The translations under genes and the position numbers were made by a program. From contig JASGMV010000001.1 of NCBI GenBank assembly GCA_030156255.1, positions 46,935 through 110,934 on the forward strand: a stretch of DNA of 64,000 bases, written 5' to 3'. Positions 61,169-64,000 of the stretch are shown one piece after another; the stretch's first letter is position 1; every line of letters starts with the position of its first letter. The notes below the pieces were generated by a model that did not search any database, was not told the DNA's origin, and worked only from the letters and a program-made list of their open reading frames with translations. The DNA comes from Desulfovibrionales bacterium (lineage in GTDB: Bacteria > Desulfobacterota > Desulfovibrionia > Desulfovibrionales > Desulfovibrionaceae).

Positions 61169-62536
61169 CTACAGGCCCCGCCACTGCAGGATTCCCGCCT
61201 GGTACAGCGCCCCGAAGGCCATGGCGACGCCGGCCAGCATCACCAGTCCGGCGCTGAACACCGGCAATTTCTCGAACAGCGCCCGGCCGCGAGAGAGCCC
61301 GGACAACCTTTGGGATGCAACCACCGTCATCACGCCGAGCAGCAGCAACACCAGGGACAATCCCAAACTGAACGCCCCCACCAACGCCAGGCCGAACCCC
61401 ACGCGGCCCACGGACACCGCCGCCAGCAGGACCACCACGGCCGTAGGGCACGGCGCCGCGCCTCCGACCAGGCCAAGAGAGACGAGGCTTGTCGTCCCAT
61501 GCCCCCCGTCGTGCGCAGGGCTATGGCTGTGGTCATGGTCATGGCTATGAGCATGACCATGCAAAGCACGTTTGGCGAGCATCCAGTAGCCAATGGCGAA
61601 AATAAGCAGACCGGAGCCGAACCCGATCCAGGGATGCACGGTTCGCAAGTCGATGAAGCTCGAACCCGCGAACAGCAGCGCTCCCAGAACCACCACCCCG
61701 CCCACGTGGCTGGCGGTGACCAAAAGCGACAGCTTCACCGCGTCCAGAATGCGGCCGCGGGAGCCGACAAGATAGGCCGCCACCAGCGCCTTGCCGTGCC
61801 CGGGGCTCAGGGAGTGCATGGCGCCCAGCGCAAAGGCGAGGCCCAAGGCCAGGACCACGGCCCACAAGGAAAGCTTCTGCGAGGCCAGGCTGGCGACCAG
61901 CCGATCGGCCGCGCCCGGAGACGCTTCCGGCGGCGAGGCGTGGCCTTGCGGCGCCTCCCTTGTTTCGCCGGCGGAGACCGCGCCGCCCGGATTCGTCGTC
62001 GGCGTGGTCAAGGCCAAGGTCCAAAAATTGTCCTGCAGCTCCATGCGCTCCGGCTCGCCTCCGGCGCGGACGTACCAGTCCAGCTGGTCCGCAGCGCCGG
62101 GCGCGGCGAAATTGCCGTCCGTAAACGTCACCCGCGCCGTGGGGCCCTTCGCTCCGGAAAGATCGACAAAAGCCGCCAGCTCAACATCGGCGCCCGCGTT
62201 GATCCCCGCGCGGGCGGGCGTGAGGTCGCCGGCCGGCTCGAAGCGCACGGCCGCGGGCCGGCCGTCCACGCTGGCCGAAAACCTGGCCGCCGTGGCGTTG
62301 CGAATCCGGCCCAGCAACAGGCTCCATTCGTCAAAGGACAGAGCCCCGTCGCCGTTCGCGTCCGGTTGGAAGATGACGATGCCCGCATCCAGGCGCATGT
62401 GCAGCCGAAGCGAGAGCCCCGTCCCTTTTCTTTCGACCAACGTGGACTGGACAACCTTGCCGAAGGAGTGGGCCATGCACGGCGAAGGGGCGAGGGCGGC
62501 GGCCAGGCAGATCAACGCGACGAACAAGAAACGCAT
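61169..62536 (-). CDS. NicO/RcnA-family Ni/Co-type transporter with large N-terminal periplasmic domain
   Basis: Signature 'HSLSPGHGKALVAAYLVG'. His-rich loop 'HGHAHSHDHDHSHSPAHDGGHG'. Signal peptide. EF-hand-like 'DANGDGALSFDE'. Confidence 0.85.
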   Translation of the reverse strand: MRFLFVALICLAAALAPSPCMAHSFGKVVQSTLVERKGTGLSLRLHMRLDAGIVIFQPDANGDGALSFDEWSLLLGRIRNATAARFSASVDGRPAAVRFEPAGDLTPARAGINAGADVELAAFVDLSGAKGPTARVTFTDGNFAAPGAADQLDWYVRAGGEPERMELQDNFWTLALTTPTTNPGGAVSAGETREAPQGHASPPEASPGAADRLVASLASQKLSLWAVVLALGLAFALGAMHSLSPGHGKALVAAYLVGSRGRILDAVKLSLLVTASHVGGVVVLGALLFAGSSFIDLRTVHPWIGFGSGLLIFAIGYWMLAKRALHGHAHSHDHDHSHSPAHDGGHGTTSLVSLGLVGGAAPCPTAVVVLLAAVSVGRVGFGLALVGAFSLGLSLVLLLLGVMTVVASQRLSGLSRGRALFEKLPVFSAGLVMLAGVAMAFGALYQAGILQWRGL

Positions 62537-62719
62537 CCGGGGGCATTAGCATTTATGGCGCCGGTTTGGCTACGTAGCGACCAGGCCAACTCGCCCGTCT
62601 CCCTTGACAAATCGGCGCCCGTCGGGGATTCTGCCAAGACGCCGTCTTTGGCGCTTCGTTCACTTGCAACAGGAGGCCCCGCCCCAACCACCACACGTTC
62701 GGATTTTTGCAACCAAACG

Positions 62720-62880
62720 ACGGTTGTCGCGCTTTGAGAAACGGAAGACGGTGAAAATCCGTCGCAGACGCGCTGCTGTATTCGGGGTTCGCCGGAACGG
62801 TCCACTGGACGCAAGTCCGGGAAGGACGCTCCATTATGGTGAGGCTTTCGCCGCCCCGTGAGCCAGAAGACGCCTCAAAG
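62720..62880 (+). promoter_or_regulatory. Cobalamin (B12) riboswitch
   Basis: Three blocks parallel the E. coli btuB leader as recalled:
- 'AAACGGAAGACGGTGAAAATCCGTCGCAGACGCGCTGCTGTA'
- B12-box-like 'GGTCCACTGGACGCAAGTCCGGGAAGGAC'
- 'GAGCCAGAAGACGCC'

Lies upstream of metE. Confidence 0.8.
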
Positions 62881-63056
62881 CCGCCATGCGCGCAAGCCTC
62901 GCGGCCAGGCTGGCGAAGCGGATCGAACCCACCAAAACGTTTTGCGGCGCGCCGTTGCGCACACCGACACGTTCGCTCCCCCGCCACCGCCCAACCAACG
63001 AAGCCCGCGCGCCGACATCAACCCTGAGCGCTCACGCGAGAACGCAAGGAGAAAAC

Positions 63057-64000
63057 ATGTTGACGCATACGTTGGGTTTTTCCCGAATGGGCAAAAACCG
63101 AGAGTTGAAACGGGCCCTTGAGGCCTACTGGAAAGGCGATCTGGACGCCGCGGCCCTCGCGGCCGAAGCCCAAAAGCTGCGGGTCGAACACTGGGGCCTG
63201 CAACGGCAAGCCGGCGTGGACCTCCCCGCCGTGGGAGATTTTTCCCTCTACGACCACATGCTGGACATGACCGCCCTGCTGGGCTGCGTCCCCGAGCGCT
63301 ACGGCGCCGTCGGGGACGAGGTCGGCCTCGACGCCTATTTTCTCATGGCGCGGGGGGGCAAGGCCAATGGCGCGGGCGTTCCGCCCATGGAAATGTCCAA
63401 GTGGTTCGACACCAATTACCATTACATCGTGCCCGAATTTTCTCCCGGGCAAACCTTTTCGGTCAAAAGCGGCAAAATCTTCGCCGAGATCAAGGAGGCC
63501 CAGGAAGCCGGTTTGCGCCTCAAAGCCGTGCTGCCGGGCCCCTTCACCTACCTGTACGCCGGCAAGCCCACCGTTGAGGGCTTCGACCGTTTCGACCTGC
63601 TGGACGATTTGGCCGAGGCCTACGCGTCCATTCTGAAGCGGCTCGCAGCACAATGTGACTGGATTCAGATGGACGAGCCCGTCCTGGCCCTGGACCTCCC
63701 GGAAGCCTACCGGAACGGCCGGTTCGCACAGATTTACAAGAAGCTCGTCGAAGCCGCGGGACCAGCCAAAATCATGCTGGCGACCTATTTCGGCTCCATC
63801 GCCCACAATCTGAAGGAAATCGCCGAAACACCCGCGGCCGGCCTGCACATCGACCTGGCGCGGGCGCCCGAGCAACTCGACGCCGTACTGTCCGCCCTGC
63901 CGGCCCACGTTGTCTTGTCCCTGGGCGTTGTGGACGGCCGCAACATCTGGCGCGTGGACGCGGACAAGGCGCTCGAACGCATCGAAAAGGCGGCGAACGC
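63057..64000 (+). CDS. metE: Cobalamin-independent methionine synthase, 5' part (runs off window)
   Basis: My own translation, 'MLTHTLGFSRMGKNRELKRALEAYWKGD...VGDFSLYDHMLD', parallels E. coli MetE '[24 protein letters not shown]...VGDFAWYDHVL'. AAGGAG precedes ATG 63057. Not in the track because no stop falls inside the window. Confidence 0.92.
   Translation, partial: MLTHTLGFSRMGKNRELKRALEAYWKGDLDAAALAAEAQKLRVEHWGLQRQAGVDLPAVGDFSLYDHMLDMTALLGCVPERYGAVGDEVGLDAYFLMARGGKANGAGVPPMEMSKWFDTNYHYIVPEFSPGQTFSVKSGKIFAEIKEAQEAGLRLKAVLPGPFTYLYAGKPTVEGFDRFDLLDDLAEAYASILKRLAAQCDWIQMDEPVLALDLPEAYRNGRFAQIYKKLVEAAGPAKIMLATYFGSIAHNLKEIAETPAAGLHIDLARAPEQLDAVLSALPAHVVLSLGVVDGRNIWRVDADKALERIEKAAN

Noticed and set aside
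62553-62987. 144-aa ORF on the - strand
   Set aside because: The region is better explained by a + strand cobalamin riboswitch and the metE leader. The product has no recognisable features.
63018-63908. 296-aa ORF on the - strand
   Set aside because: Antisense shadow of metE, whose frame is not in the track because it has no stop inside the window.
1-64000. Search for tRNA, rRNA, CRISPR arrays, transposases, integrases and prophage genes
   Set aside because: By eye I found none of the following: a cloverleaf-like segment in the intergenic gaps, an array of regularly spaced direct repeats, or an ORF with transposase, integrase or phage-structural motifs. A tRNA or CRISPR scan should confirm this.

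Overview
GC-rich, gene-dense chromosomal window. From gene content it looks like a Desulfovibrio/Solidesulfovibrio-type anaerobe; this is inference, no marker gene was checked. I support about 60 CDS. I found no rRNA, tRNA, CRISPR array, transposase or integrase. Many long ORFs in the track are antisense or alternate-frame shadows typical of high-GC DNA, and the track's first 'M' is sometimes a GTG or TTG codon.

Nt 1-44.5 kb are mostly housekeeping and signalling genes:
- hemC, queD, dtd, metF, asd, infA and arsC.
- A SulP permease and an MBL-rhodanese enzyme.
- An MsbA-like ABC exporter, cheV and an MCP.
- An RR-PP2C / RsbW-like / STAS partner-switching module directly upstream of fapA-motA-motB.
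- A glycosylation block with two CgeB-like paralogues, a eukaryote-type UGPase and GT2/GT9/GT4-like enzymes.
- A very large class-I adenylate cyclase with a HEAT plus pentapeptide-repeat N-terminal extension.

Nt 44.7-62.5 kb form one iron/metal supercluster:
- A FeoB-associated Cys-rich peptide lies divergent from feoA1-feoB1, with Fur-box-like repeats between them.
- Next come two secreted His-N-terminal proteins, a DUF2325 protein and feoA2-feoB2.
- A tightly packed operon follows, which I interpret as a ferrosome-type (fez-like) iron-organelle cluster. It holds a CPC-type P1B ATPase, a small protein sharing an 'IPGRxRL' domain with both ATPases, two paralogous membrane proteins with prion-like low-complexity N-termini, a MamC-like two-TM protein, a tiny two-TM protein, an 'SCA'-type (P1B-6-like, FezB-like) ATPase and a triple-FeoA protein.
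- A convergent RcnA/NicO-type transporter closes the cluster.

The window ends with a cobalamin riboswitch and the 5' part of metE.
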